Positions 48,228-57,259 of a DNA stretch of 61,643 bases are shown piece by piece. How positions within the stretch are numbered: position 1 is the stretch's first letter; every line of letters starts with the position of its first letter. Source of the DNA: a virus (Duplodnaviria; Caudoviricetes); IMG/VR virus record IMGVR_UViG_3300037486_000465, positions 1-61,643 of that record; one strand, 5' to 3'. A model generated the notes under the pieces. The model saw only the letters and a program-made list of their open reading frames with translations. It ran no database searches and was not told the origin of the DNA. Both the position numbers and the translations under genes were made by a program.

Positions 48228-48491
48228 ATGAAAATTCTAAACAATTGGAAATTTAAAAGACATTTTAGTAATAATTTTTGGTATCGATACGGAATAATGT
48301 TTCCGTGGGAACGTAGAAAATATTTGCAAATAGGAATATTTGGGTTTATATATATGTTTCAGTGGGGTAGTTATGAAAATATCTATACTACAATATTATG
48401 TCCTGCTTGTGGCACGGTTGAAAATAAAAGAATTAAACTTTCTTGCGCATGTTGCAAAGGAGAAGGATATATTAAAAAATATAAAAAATGA
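48228..48491 (+). CDS. Hypothetical protein with CxxCG...CxxCxGxG zinc motif
   Basis: CPACG, CACCKGEG. Confidence 0.6.
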   Translation: MKILNNWKFKRHFSNNFWYRYGIMFPWERRKYLQIGIFGFIYMFQWGSYENIYTTILCPACGTVENKRIKLSCACCKGEGYIKKYKK

Positions 48492-48991
48492 GCTTAACCA
48501 CAAACAAAAATGACCCGAGATTAAAAGAAGGTCAGAAAAACGAAACAGGCCAACACGAAATATATTTAGTGCTTTCGGAAGAAGAAAGAGCAAAGGGATT
48601 TCTTCGTCCAGTGAGAGATTCTTATGTGCATGTTGGCAGAAAACAACGTGGATTGGAAATTCATGAAATACTTAGTGAAGAAGACAAAAAAGAAATGAAA
48701 GAAAAATATCCCGAAGATAAAAGGGACTATGTGGCGATATTAACTGTTATGAAAAAAGAAGATGGTAGTTTTCTTGGTGGATCGTATGTTACGCAGGAAG
48801 AATTGGACTCCTGGAAATCTGGCACGCTAATAGATGGTTGTGGAACTGTAACGATAATGGGAAGAGAGCTAGCTGAAACATACGCATGTTTTCCAAACTT
48901 TTATAGCGCAACATATTGCTGCGGTTGCGGAAAACATTTACCTGTTGAAGAATTTGTATGGGAAGGAACAAATGAAATAGTAGGATCATAA
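48488..48991 (+). CDS. Conserved phage hypothetical protein
   Basis: YLVLSEEERAKGF.RPVR..YVH ... CG..T.M...AETYA..P.FY.ATYC..C..H.PV.EF.W. Confidence 0.75.
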   Translation: MSLTTNKNDPRLKEGQKNETGQHEIYLVLSEEERAKGFLRPVRDSYVHVGRKQRGLEIHEILSEEDKKEMKEKYPEDKRDYVAILTVMKKEDGSFLGGSYVTQEELDSWKSGTLIDGCGTVTIMGRELAETYACFPNFYSATYCCGCGKHLPVEEFVWEGTNEIVGS

Positions 48992-49012
48992 AAATTATAA
49001 AGGTATATAAAA

Positions 49013-49171
49013 ATGAAAAAAATTACACTCATCGTTGAGGATGAAAACGGAAAACAAGTAACTGCTTATTTCGATTCTGAAAAAATAAAAGTTATGAAAG
49101 ATACATACGGTACAAATGTACTTGAACAAATGTATAATGTGTTGATAGAAGAATTAAAACAAATTAAATGA
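49013..49171 (+). CDS. Small hypothetical protein (52 aa, not in ORF track)
   Basis: MKKITLIVEDENGKQVTAYFDSEKIKVMKDTYGTNVLEQMYNVLIEELKQIK; ATGA overlap with the next gene. Confidence 0.7.
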   Translation: MKKITLIVEDENGKQVTAYFDSEKIKVMKDTYGTNVLEQMYNVLIEELKQIK

Positions 49172-49506
49172 AAAAATATTTCAATACGGAAGAAAAAGCA
49201 ATTAAGCATCTGGAATATAGAAAACAGTATGCCTATTCTCGTATTGAAAAAAGTGGAGATAAAATTTTAGGAGACGCATCATTCATATATAAAAATAAAA
49301 ATAATAAATGGGTAGTTTTCGTACAGATATTAACAGATAAAATGATGCATGATATTGAAGAAGTACAATCTATGTTTGATTCTATTCATCCATTAATTCC
49401 ATTTACATCAGACGAACAGATACTTAAAAGTGAACAACGAATTAAAAAATTAGGCAAGAAATATAAAACTCTTGACATTGAAGATTATACAATAAATATA
49501 TGGTAA
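49168..49506 (+). CDS. Hypothetical protein
   Basis: Coupled ORF. Confidence 0.65.
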   Translation: MKKYFNTEEKAIKHLEYRKQYAYSRIEKSGDKILGDASFIYKNKNNKWVVFVQILTDKMMHDIEEVQSMFDSIHPLIPFTSDEQILKSEQRIKKLGKKYKTLDIEDYTINIW

Positions 49507-49796
49507 AAGAAGAAAAAATATTAACGCAAACAACTAAATATCGCAAATATTGTGATGACTGCGGAAAAGAAATTACAAGAGGATTGGCTTGTAGTGTCGC
49601 TTTATGCGAATATTGCAAAAAAGATTTATGTGAAAAATGTATAGGCTACGAAGAAGAAACTTGGGGAGATTTTAGAACAGTTTATTGTAAAACCTGTTGG
49701 GAATTAGGTAATGAATATAGGCCTAAAATTGAAGAATTACATAATGAAATTGATAAATTATATAAAGAATGGCAAGATAAATGTAAAAATAAATGA
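49500..49796 (+). CDS. Zinc-finger hypothetical protein
   Basis: CDDC, CEYC, CEKC, CKTC. Confidence 0.7.
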   Translation: MVKEEKILTQTTKYRKYCDDCGKEITRGLACSVALCEYCKKDLCEKCIGYEEETWGDFRTVYCKTCWELGNEYRPKIEELHNEIDKLYKEWQDKCKNK

Positions 49797-50461
49797 AAGT
49801 AAAAGACATTAGACAACAATTTGTACAAAAGTACATAGATAAAGATTTTGAAGTAGATAAATATGGGGGCAAAACTATAGATTTAAATTGCGTTCAATTT
49901 GAAGCTGATGAAAATTATATTTTTGGAGAACCGAATGATGATTACATTAGACGAGAATTGACATGGTATTTATCTCAATCTTTGAATGTTAATGACATTG
50001 AAAACACTCCTAAAATTTGGAAGAAAGTAGCAGATCCAGATGGATTTATAAATTCAAATTATGGTTGGTGTATCTTTAGTAAAGAAAACGGAAACCAATA
50101 TGATAACTGCTTAAATGAACTTAAAAATAATAGAAGTTCAAGAAGAGGAACAATGATTTATAATCGTCCTGAAATGTGGATAGATTATAACAAGAATGGA
50201 CGTAGTGACTTCATGTGTACCTACGCAGTACAATTTTTAATAAGACATAATATCCTATGGTCATATGTTTTGATGCGCTCGAATGACGCCTGGGCTGGAT
50301 ATCGCAATGATTACGCTTGGCACAAATATGTGCTTAATAAACTAGCGAATGATTTAGAAATAGAAAAAACTATGATGATATGGAACTCTGGTAGTTTACA
50401 TTTATATGATAGGCAATTCTATTTATTAGATCAATATATTGTTGCAAATAAAACTATTTAG
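49793..50461 (+). CDS. dCMP hydroxymethyltransferase (T4 gp42-like)
   Basis: DF.VDK.G.KT, REL.WY.S.SL.V.DI..TPKIW, INSNYGW, SRRG.MIY.RP, DFMCT, MRSND...G.RNDYAW (Asp specifies dCMP), GSLH.Y. Confidence 0.92.
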   Translation: MKVKDIRQQFVQKYIDKDFEVDKYGGKTIDLNCVQFEADENYIFGEPNDDYIRRELTWYLSQSLNVNDIENTPKIWKKVADPDGFINSNYGWCIFSKENGNQYDNCLNELKNNRSSRRGTMIYNRPEMWIDYNKNGRSDFMCTYAVQFLIRHNILWSYVLMRSNDAWAGYRNDYAWHKYVLNKLANDLEIEKTMMIWNSGSLHLYDRQFYLLDQYIVANKTI

Positions 50462-50478
50462 GTTATTAACAATATAAA
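50450..50478 (+). promoter_or_regulatory. Phage promoter AAACT-N17-TATAA
   Basis: AAAACT-atttaggttattaacaa-TATAAA before the ATG at 50497. Confidence 0.6.
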
Positions 50479-50496
50479 TTAATAATACTTAAAATT

Positions 50497-50889
50497 ATGA
50501 CACATACATATTTAGATTGGACGCATAAAGGTACAATAATCACAGACATAAGAAAACTTAATAAATCAAAATTATATGTTATTAAAGTAATAGATGGCGA
50601 AACATCAGTCCAAATAGATTCTGCATTATTTGTAAGAGATATCATTTTTGAAGAAAGATTAAAATCTTATTTTATTAAAGATATATCAAGAATATCGAGA
50701 GAAGAAATTCTTGCAGTTAAATGGAATATGTATATTACAAAGGGATATTATATTAAAATAAATAAAATGGGTGTAGTTGATGAATTTAAACATGATCCAG
50801 ATAAATGGTATATAAGTTATTTAGAAATAGATGGGCCGTTAGGATTATTTACATCTATATTTAGGGAAAACGACGAAGAAACAAAATAA
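50497..50889 (+). CDS. Hypothetical protein
   Basis: ORF after the promoter motif. Confidence 0.65.
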   Translation: MTHTYLDWTHKGTIITDIRKLNKSKLYVIKVIDGETSVQIDSALFVRDIIFEERLKSYFIKDISRISREEILAVKWNMYITKGYYIKINKMGVVDEFKHDPDKWYISYLEIDGPLGLFTSIFRENDEETK

Positions 50890-50897
50890 AATAAAAT

Positions 50898-51197
50898 ATG
50901 AATACAGAACAAAGACAACCAGGGGGAGCTCGTGTTAACGTTACTCCTGAAATGATGAAAAGTTTTAAAACCGTTACATGTGATTGCGGCGGTCAATTAT
51001 TCCACGCAGGATTTGTAATTAAGAAAATTTCTCCATTAATTTCTCCTACAGGAAAAGAAGAATTATATCCTATAGAAGTTATTGTATGCGAAGAATGCGG
51101 AAAAGTTCCTTCAGAATTTGTTGCGGCAGATATGCTACCTAATAACGTCGTAGCAAAAACTTCAGAGATTATAAAAGAATTAAAAAAACAAAAATAA
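50898..51197 (+). CDS. Zn-ribbon hypothetical protein
   Basis: CDCG..F...KKIS...SPTG...P..V..CEECG. Confidence 0.7.
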   Translation: MNTEQRQPGGARVNVTPEMMKSFKTVTCDCGGQLFHAGFVIKKISPLISPTGKEELYPIEVIVCEECGKVPSEFVAADMLPNNVVAKTSEIIKELKKQK

Positions 51198-51216
51198 ACT
51201 AAAAATAATAAAAACT

Positions 51217-51414
51217 ATGAATCAATATTACAAAGTATCAGTAAAATCTTCATTTGAAGATAAAAAAGGAAATCTTAAATACAAAAAAGATTCTTATATT
51301 GTATATGCTATGAATCCGACAGATGTTGAAGCTAAAATGGCGCAACATTTAGGAGTAGAAGATTATGAAATTATAGGCATAAATGTAACTAATATTGTGG
51401 ATATAGTTAAATAA
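51217..51414 (+). CDS. DUF4494-like protein
   Basis: Y...V....E...G..K.....Y.V.A...T..EA....I..I..T.IVD. Confidence 0.7.
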   Translation: MNQYYKVSVKSSFEDKKGNLKYKKDSYIVYAMNPTDVEAKMAQHLGVEDYEIIGINVTNIVDIVK

Positions 51415-51470
51415 ATATCCCGCAGTGCCTTATAATATTAATAATATATAAATTAAAAATAATTATTAAT

Positions 51471-51812
51471 ATGGAAAAATTTACTAATAAGAAGTTTGTT
51501 TTTCATGAAACTTTCATGAACATTAACGGAAAGGCTAGTGGTTCAGGCTTCATTGGTGTTGTTTTAGGATTAATTGCAGGCGTAGCGTTTATTGCTACAA
51601 TAGTTGGGTATTTTTATAAAATGCCCAATACAGTTGAAGTAATGGGTGAAATTTTAAAATTAGTTGCTGCTGCCACATTGTTATTGGGTGTTAGAAAAGT
51701 TGCAGGCGCAGTTAATAAAAAAACTGCTGCTGACGATGAAGGTATAACACCCACAGTTCAAAAAACAGAACCATATCCTGGCAATATACTAGAAACTCCC
51801 GATAAAGGATGA
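51471..51812 (+). CDS. Two-TM membrane protein (holin candidate)
   Basis: NGK.S followed by two hydrophobic helices and a charged tail; AATATATAAA upstream. Confidence 0.6.
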   Translation: MEKFTNKKFVFHETFMNINGKASGSGFIGVVLGLIAGVAFIATIVGYFYKMPNTVEVMGEILKLVAAATLLLGVRKVAGAVNKKTAADDEGITPTVQKTEPYPGNILETPDKG

Positions 51813-51816
51813 AAAT

Positions 51817-52155
51817 ATGCCACATAACTTTGATTTTTCAAAACTTGAAAATGTTAAAACTATTGAAGTAAATCCAGAAGGCTGGGTTACTCCATTGTAT
51901 ATTGAATACGGAATTGCAATAAATTTAGAAATAAGCGGAACGTTAGATTATTATTGGAAAGTTAAGGGAACACAGCATACATTTACGATACCAGTAATAA
52001 GAATGGATTATTTGAGTGCTGGAGATTATAAAAAGCTTTTTGAAAATGTATTGGAAATTTTTAGAGAAGATTATATTTCATGGAAAAATGAAGGATTCGT
52101 CACTCAATGGTCAAACGAATATCGTGAACAATACTCAAGATTCATCATTATATAA
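51817..52155 (+). CDS. Hypothetical protein
   Basis: In-operon ORF. Confidence 0.65.
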   Translation: MPHNFDFSKLENVKTIEVNPEGWVTPLYIEYGIAINLEISGTLDYYWKVKGTQHTFTIPVIRMDYLSAGDYKKLFENVLEIFREDYISWKNEGFVTQWSNEYREQYSRFIII

Positions 52156-52203
52156 TATTAAAATTAAAAATATTAAAAATATAGTAATTAAAAATACAAT
52201 TAA

Positions 52204-52887
52204 ATGAGTGATTTAAAATTTTTTCAGTGGATTGCAGGAGATAGAAAAGGCGAAGTAATGGTATTCGATAAAATTGAATCTGAAGCTCCAGATATTTTTA
52301 TAGTATTTAAAGATGGCTCACGAATAAATGAAAATTTTGTAGCTCCTATAAATCAAAGAGATCTTACTGGAAAATACATGGTTGAAATTGATAGTCCTAC
52401 TAATGTGTGGACATTTAAAGAAGAGTGGGTTGGAAGAGAAGAGGAACGCTGGGAATGGCGTGATGAAACAAATCCTACAGAAAAAGTTTGTGTTCAACCA
52501 CTAGTTGAAGGAAGAAAAGTAATTAAGTTGATTCCACCTAAACCTACACCTAAAACTAGTTCTAAATTTGGACAGATAGATAATATTTCACCTGCATTAA
52601 TAGTAACACCGGAATCACTACAAGGAAAAGTTGGAAGCAATATAATACCAACCAGAGAAAATACCGATCCTGTTTATATTTTAATGTCAAAATCTAAAAA
52701 AATAGATAGCGAAATTTCTATGGACATCACGATTTCGTTACCATCTAAAAACTTATATGATATTGCAAAAGAATCCTTTGATGAAGGGCACAAAAAATTC
52801 ATTGAATATATAATTCAAGAAATAGCAGACGATGAAATAAAAGAAGCTCTTAAGATCGCAATAACAAAATGGTATGAGGATCAATAG
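52204..52887 (+). CDS. Hypothetical protein
   Basis: 227-aa ORF. Confidence 0.7.
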   Translation: MSDLKFFQWIAGDRKGEVMVFDKIESEAPDIFIVFKDGSRINENFVAPINQRDLTGKYMVEIDSPTNVWTFKEEWVGREEERWEWRDETNPTEKVCVQPLVEGRKVIKLIPPKPTPKTSSKFGQIDNISPALIVTPESLQGKVGSNIIPTRENTDPVYILMSKSKKIDSEISMDITISLPSKNLYDIAKESFDEGHKKFIEYIIQEIADDEIKEALKIAITKWYEDQ

Positions 52888-52916
52888 AGTTTATTATCTA
52901 AAATGATAAATTTATA

Positions 52917-53465
52917 ATGGAAGATAAAAAAATAGAAAAGAAAGTTGTATTTGAAGGAAAATATGAAGATATTATTGAAATAAAAGAACATTTCTATCTT
53001 ATTTCTAAAAAACGCCAAGTTGCGGTGCTTCCTTATACAATTGATACTCGAGGTCTTCTTGACAAAGTTGGTGTAATAAAAGACTATAATTTTGTATTTG
53101 AAGATTATGATTATACTTTGATAAATGGTTATATATCACAAGATGACGGAACTAATTTAGTTGCAGCAAACAGAGTTTTATATGAAGTAATTGGATTGAA
53201 TTTAACTAATGCAGATGACTGGATGTATTTGGGTAGTTTATATAATACATTAACATCTGATTCTCCTATAGATTTATATTGTGTAGATCTTACTGGAAAA
53301 AATGTTATAGAAAACGAAGAAGCTACGGAACGTGGAAATAAAATTATATTTAAAATGATAGATTCTAGTTATGTTATAACTTCAGATGATTCTCTGCTTT
53401 TAAGTTCATATTTAAGATTATTCAATTATTTTTATGTAAACTCACTTAATAGTAGTAATAAATAA
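52917..53465 (+). CDS. Degenerate Nudix-fold protein
   Basis: VAVLPY; G.....D.....AA.R.L.E..G Nudix-box variant; LG.....S. Confidence 0.6.
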   Translation: MEDKKIEKKVVFEGKYEDIIEIKEHFYLISKKRQVAVLPYTIDTRGLLDKVGVIKDYNFVFEDYDYTLINGYISQDDGTNLVAANRVLYEVIGLNLTNADDWMYLGSLYNTLTSDSPIDLYCVDLTGKNVIENEEATERGNKIIFKMIDSSYVITSDDSLLLSSYLRLFNYFYVNSLNSSNK

Positions 53466-53477
53466 TAAATTTATATC

Positions 53478-53771
53478 ATGAATCGTAAAGAACGCAGAAA
53501 AATGTCTCATAATTTAGGCATCATGCAATATCAACAGAAACTTCCTCTTGAAAAAAAGTTTGAAATAATAAGAGAAAATATTATTACAGGTAAAAAACAA
53601 CAGCAAGAATTTACTGAAGAAATAAGAAGACAGCAAAATCTAACAAAAGAACAACGAGAAAATGAAGCCATACAATATATGGCAGCAAATATTGCTAAAA
53701 CAAAGGAAATACCATTGATAGATGCACTAGAAGAAGCTCAACAAATATTCCAAAAAAATACGAAAAAATAG
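53478..53771 (+). CDS. Hypothetical protein
   Basis: MNRKERRK N-terminus, helical. Confidence 0.65.
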   Translation: MNRKERRKMSHNLGIMQYQQKLPLEKKFEIIRENIITGKKQQQEFTEEIRRQQNLTKEQRENEAIQYMAANIAKTKEIPLIDALEEAQQIFQKNTKK

Positions 53772-53774
53772 TTT

Positions 53775-54224
53775 ATGAAGTTCTATGTAACAGTAGAGAA
53801 TACTCAGAGGCTTAAAAAATCATTCCTCAATTTAAAATTATTTTCTATAATCTATATTCCTGAAATTATTGAAGAATATGGGTATACTTATGATACTATA
53901 GATGATTATGGTTCTTTTATTATAAGCAATCAAATTGATAATTTAATAAAAGTATACGCAAAATCAAAAAGAATAAGAGGAATAATTTATTCTAATCCAT
54001 TAATAACGGAAAAAATTCTTCCAAATTTATTTGAAACTCTCGTTAACGTAGACACAATAAATGAAGTAGTATTATTAGATGATTATAACGTACCTAAATT
54101 AACTCATTTATATTCAAATTTTGATGAAATTGCTTTCTTTCCTTCTATTAAAAAAATACGATTAATTGAATGCACAAAAATTTCAAATCTAAATAATATA
54201 GATTGGCGAACTAAGAAAGTTTAA
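53775..54224 (+). CDS. Hypothetical protein
   Basis: In-operon ORF. Confidence 0.65.
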   Translation: MKFYVTVENTQRLKKSFLNLKLFSIIYIPEIIEEYGYTYDTIDDYGSFIISNQIDNLIKVYAKSKRIRGIIYSNPLITEKILPNLFETLVNVDTINEVVLLDDYNVPKLTHLYSNFDEIAFFPSIKKIRLIECTKISNLNNIDWRTKKV

Positions 54225-54228
54225 GAAG

Positions 54229-54258
54229 AAAGCCTGATCGAATGATCAGGCTTTTTTT
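54229..54258 (+). terminator. Rho-independent terminator
   Basis: AAAGCCTGATC-GAAT-GATCAGGCTTTTTTT. Confidence 0.9.
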
Positions 54259-54259
54259 A

Positions 54260-54281
54260 TTTGAATATATAAAATAAAATA
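54260..54281 (+). promoter_or_regulatory. Putative late promoter motif
   Basis: TTTGAATATATAAAATAAAATA directly before the baseplate operon. Confidence 0.7.
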
Positions 54282-54286
54282 CTAAT

Positions 54287-56662
54287 ATGGGCTGGACAAA
54301 TGTTACATCATTAACAAAAATTTGGCAAAAACAGGCTAAAACTTCTTTAGGTTTTCAGCAACTTGCTGTAGCATACCCTACTGTACAGGCTGGCGTTGTT
54401 AAAAAATATACAGATATTAAAATTTCAGAAACCATTGATAAAGATGCACAAACTGCATTTAATAATTATTTAAATTCTTATAATAATGGTACATTATCGT
54501 TAACTTCAGAAGAAACAAAAAAATTAGCTTCGGCTGTTTGGTCGAAAAAAAGAACAGAAGTAGGTGCTTTAATAGGATTATCGGCAGAAAAGCAAATAGC
54601 TTTATTAAATTCTCAATTATTTAAAGGAACAACTAGATTATCAGAAAATGCTATATCAGAATTACCTGACAAAAAACCATTTGATAGAAGATTAGATAGA
54701 TATGAAATATACATAGGAGGAAAAGAAAATTTAGTTGTGCCATTAAATACTGCACAAGCTGATGTTGCAACATCAGGATATTTAATGTCTTCTGTAACAT
54801 TAAATGCTATAGATGATAAAGTTTTAACTAATAAACAAGAATTTGTAGATAGAAGAGAAATATTATATAAACAAATGGAGCATGACGAAATGTATTATGG
54901 CGTGCCAGCTTTACAAAATTCATATGCTCTTATAAATCTTTATGGATCTAAAGCAGGATCACTATTGATTAATGAAAAAAATAAAAGGAGATGGTATGAA
55001 ATTGATGTTGCTCAAGATTCATTTGGCACACCTGTATATAATTTCGCAAGTACTCCTACTACATCTGCTATAATAGATTGGGGCAAGGGTGATCCCTATG
55101 GAAGAACTCCTTATCATTTTACAGATTTTGTATTTTCTAAATATTGGAAAAAAATAGAAAATAATAGAATGATAACACTAAGAAGATATCCTGCTCCTAT
55201 GTATGATAACTTAAGATTTCCTGGAATGGGAGGATCAACCGATAATAAAGAAATTACTACATTACCGCCAATGGCTTCAGCAGTAACATATTTTGGTGGA
55301 GATACAGAAAATTCAATAAGTTCAATACTTAAATTTACTACAGGATATAATTGGGGAGAAGTACAAGGAGACGTATGGGGTGTTACAGTAGAAGGTGGAG
55401 TTCCTGATAATATGGCTGGCATAGGAAAATTATTCGGAGGTACAATAGGAGCTTTAGCAGAAATGCTAAACGTGGCAACTGGAAGATTTACTCCAGCATT
55501 TATAGCAAATGAAGGACAACTTCCTCCCGATCCTTATCAAGATGGTCCCTTTGAAAATAGAATTCAGGGCCCTGTTAATCGTATTGATAAAGTAGCAAAA
55601 AGAGATCCAGGTCTAAAATTTCAAATGGACGGATTAAAACTTGTATTTGAGTATGTTGCAAGACCTATAGGAGGAATAAATACTAAGGCAATTTTATTAG
55701 ATATTTTAAGTAATTTTTTAGTTATTGGTTCTGCAAGTGCAGTATTTTTTGGAGGTGCACACAGATTTATGGCAGATCCAGCAAAATATCCTTTTATTGG
55801 TGGAGATAACACGATGGAAAAATTGTATACCGGGAATGTAATTGGATATAGTGCCGATGTACTTACTTCTTTTGTAGGAAAAGGCGGATTGCTAGGAGAC
55901 GCATTTGGTGATATATGGAATGATATGAAAGGCGCAGCTCTAGATGCTCTTAGATCTATTCTTCATATGGATGGAACTGGAGCTTTAAATTCAGTAAAAT
56001 CATTAATTGCAGGAGATAATAATACTAAGGGTGTTTTGGGAAATTTTATTAAAAATAAAGTTGCTAAATCAGCTGGTCATGTTCCTTATCTTAAAGGTAT
56101 GAAAGCAATTTTAACAGGAGAGCCCGTAGGAGAATGGCATGTAACTATTGGAAATCCATTAAATCCAATTGCAATGATTGGAAATTTAATTTGTGATGAT
56201 ATAAATGTAGAATTTAATGAAGAACTTGGCCCCGATGATTTTCCCACAGAAATGAAGATAACTGTAAACTTAAAACATGCAATGGCAAGAGATAAAGATG
56301 CTATAGAATCAATATTTAATAGGGGTATGGGCAGAATTTATAATCTTCCTGATTCATTTCTTGGCTCTGGTGATTATCAAACATCTGTGGATAAAAACAC
56401 ACAAGGTAAATATAAAACAGGAACAATGCCAGGAGGAGCAGCAGGATTTTATTATCGTAGAGGAATGGATAGTAGAGCTGTTAGTGCAAAAGAAATGAAT
56501 GGTAGTAGTCTTTCAAATCATGGCGTTACAAGTGTTTGGGATAGATATGCATTTCATGTTGGAATATCTGAAAATTCACGAATTGATGATATTAAAAATT
56601 CAGATATATTTAAAAGCGCATATAGAACAGCTGATTGGGTTGCGCAAAGAGCATTATTATAA
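54287..56662 (+). CDS. Putative baseplate/tail-tube-associated structural protein
   Basis: 791 aa; N.MITLRRY..P and GEWHVTIGNPLNPIAMIGNL...GPDDFPTE motifs; upstream of a gp53-like gene. Confidence 0.6.
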   Translation: MGWTNVTSLTKIWQKQAKTSLGFQQLAVAYPTVQAGVVKKYTDIKISETIDKDAQTAFNNYLNSYNNGTLSLTSEETKKLASAVWSKKRTEVGALIGLSAEKQIALLNSQLFKGTTRLSENAISELPDKKPFDRRLDRYEIYIGGKENLVVPLNTAQADVATSGYLMSSVTLNAIDDKVLTNKQEFVDRREILYKQMEHDEMYYGVPALQNSYALINLYGSKAGSLLINEKNKRRWYEIDVAQDSFGTPVYNFASTPTTSAIIDWGKGDPYGRTPYHFTDFVFSKYWKKIENNRMITLRRYPAPMYDNLRFPGMGGSTDNKEITTLPPMASAVTYFGGDTENSISSILKFTTGYNWGEVQGDVWGVTVEGGVPDNMAGIGKLFGGTIGALAEMLNVATGRFTPAFIANEGQLPPDPYQDGPFENRIQGPVNRIDKVAKRDPGLKFQMDGLKLVFEYVARPIGGINTKAILLDILSNFLVIGSASAVFFGGAHRFMADPAKYPFIGGDNTMEKLYTGNVIGYSADVLTSFVGKGGLLGDAFGDIWNDMKGAALDALRSILHMDGTGALNSVKSLIAGDNNTKGVLGNFIKNKVAKSAGHVPYLKGMKAILTGEPVGEWHVTIGNPLNPIAMIGNLICDDINVEFNEELGPDDFPTEMKITVNLKHAMARDKDAIESIFNRGMGRIYNLPDSFLGSGDYQTSVDKNTQGKYKTGTMPGGAAGFYYRRGMDSRAVSAKEMNGSSLSNHGVTSVWDRYAFHVGISENSRIDDIKNSDIFKSAYRTADWVAQRALL

Positions 56663-56677
56663 AATAACAATTAAGAT

Positions 56678-57259
56678 ATGTTTCCAAATAGTTTAGATAA
56701 AAAGGCAATATTTGTTAAAGATGACGGCACACAAGTTAAAGATTTAACTGAATCTATGTTTAATTTAGGTAATACATCTTATGCTAAATATAATGTATAT
56801 CGTGTACCAAAAGAATATGCAATGAGACCAGATTTAATAGCAGCTGCTGTGTATAACAGTGCTTCATACGCTGAAATTATTTTAAAGTATAATGGTATTT
56901 CAAATCCATTTTCTATTAATGAGGGTGATTTAATATTGGTACCGGCTTTAGATTCTGCTAAAGATAATATAAAAACACCACAAGGAACTGCTTTTGATGC
57001 AGCTAAATTAATTAGAGATAGTTATAAATATATTGATCCTACTAAAATTCCAAAATATAATAACGCATTTGACAAAAGACAAATTGTTGGTGGCGCAAAA
57101 GATGGCGCTCTTCCACCTAATATTGCAAAAGAAGGCGAGCCTCAAATAACTTATAGAAACGGTAGAGTATATTTTGGACCAGGCGTAGACACATGTTTGC
57201 AAAATGGAATGACGTCTAGCGAATTTTTAGCAAATATAATAAAAAGTAAAAAGGTATAA
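56678..57259 (+). CDS. Baseplate wedge protein, gp53/LysM-like
   Basis: Y.MRPDLIA..VY......IL.YNGISNPFSI.EG..I.VP. Confidence 0.8.
   Translation: MFPNSLDKKAIFVKDDGTQVKDLTESMFNLGNTSYAKYNVYRVPKEYAMRPDLIAAAVYNSASYAEIILKYNGISNPFSINEGDLILVPALDSAKDNIKTPQGTAFDAAKLIRDSYKYIDPTKIPKYNNAFDKRQIVGGAKDGALPPNIAKEGEPQITYRNGRVYFGPGVDTCLQNGMTSSEFLANIIKSKKV

Noticed and set aside
49793-50461. Thymidylate synthase ThyA
   Set aside because: Has Asp (RNDYAW) rather than the ThyA Asn at the specificity position and resembles gp42 along its length
40840-50461. Blasticidin/mildiomycin-like nucleoside antibiotic pathway (aminomutase, hydroxymethylase, glycosidase)
   Set aside because: The hydroxymethylase is T4 gp42-type and comes with AGT and a kinase; no ligase, exporter or CGA synthase was recognised
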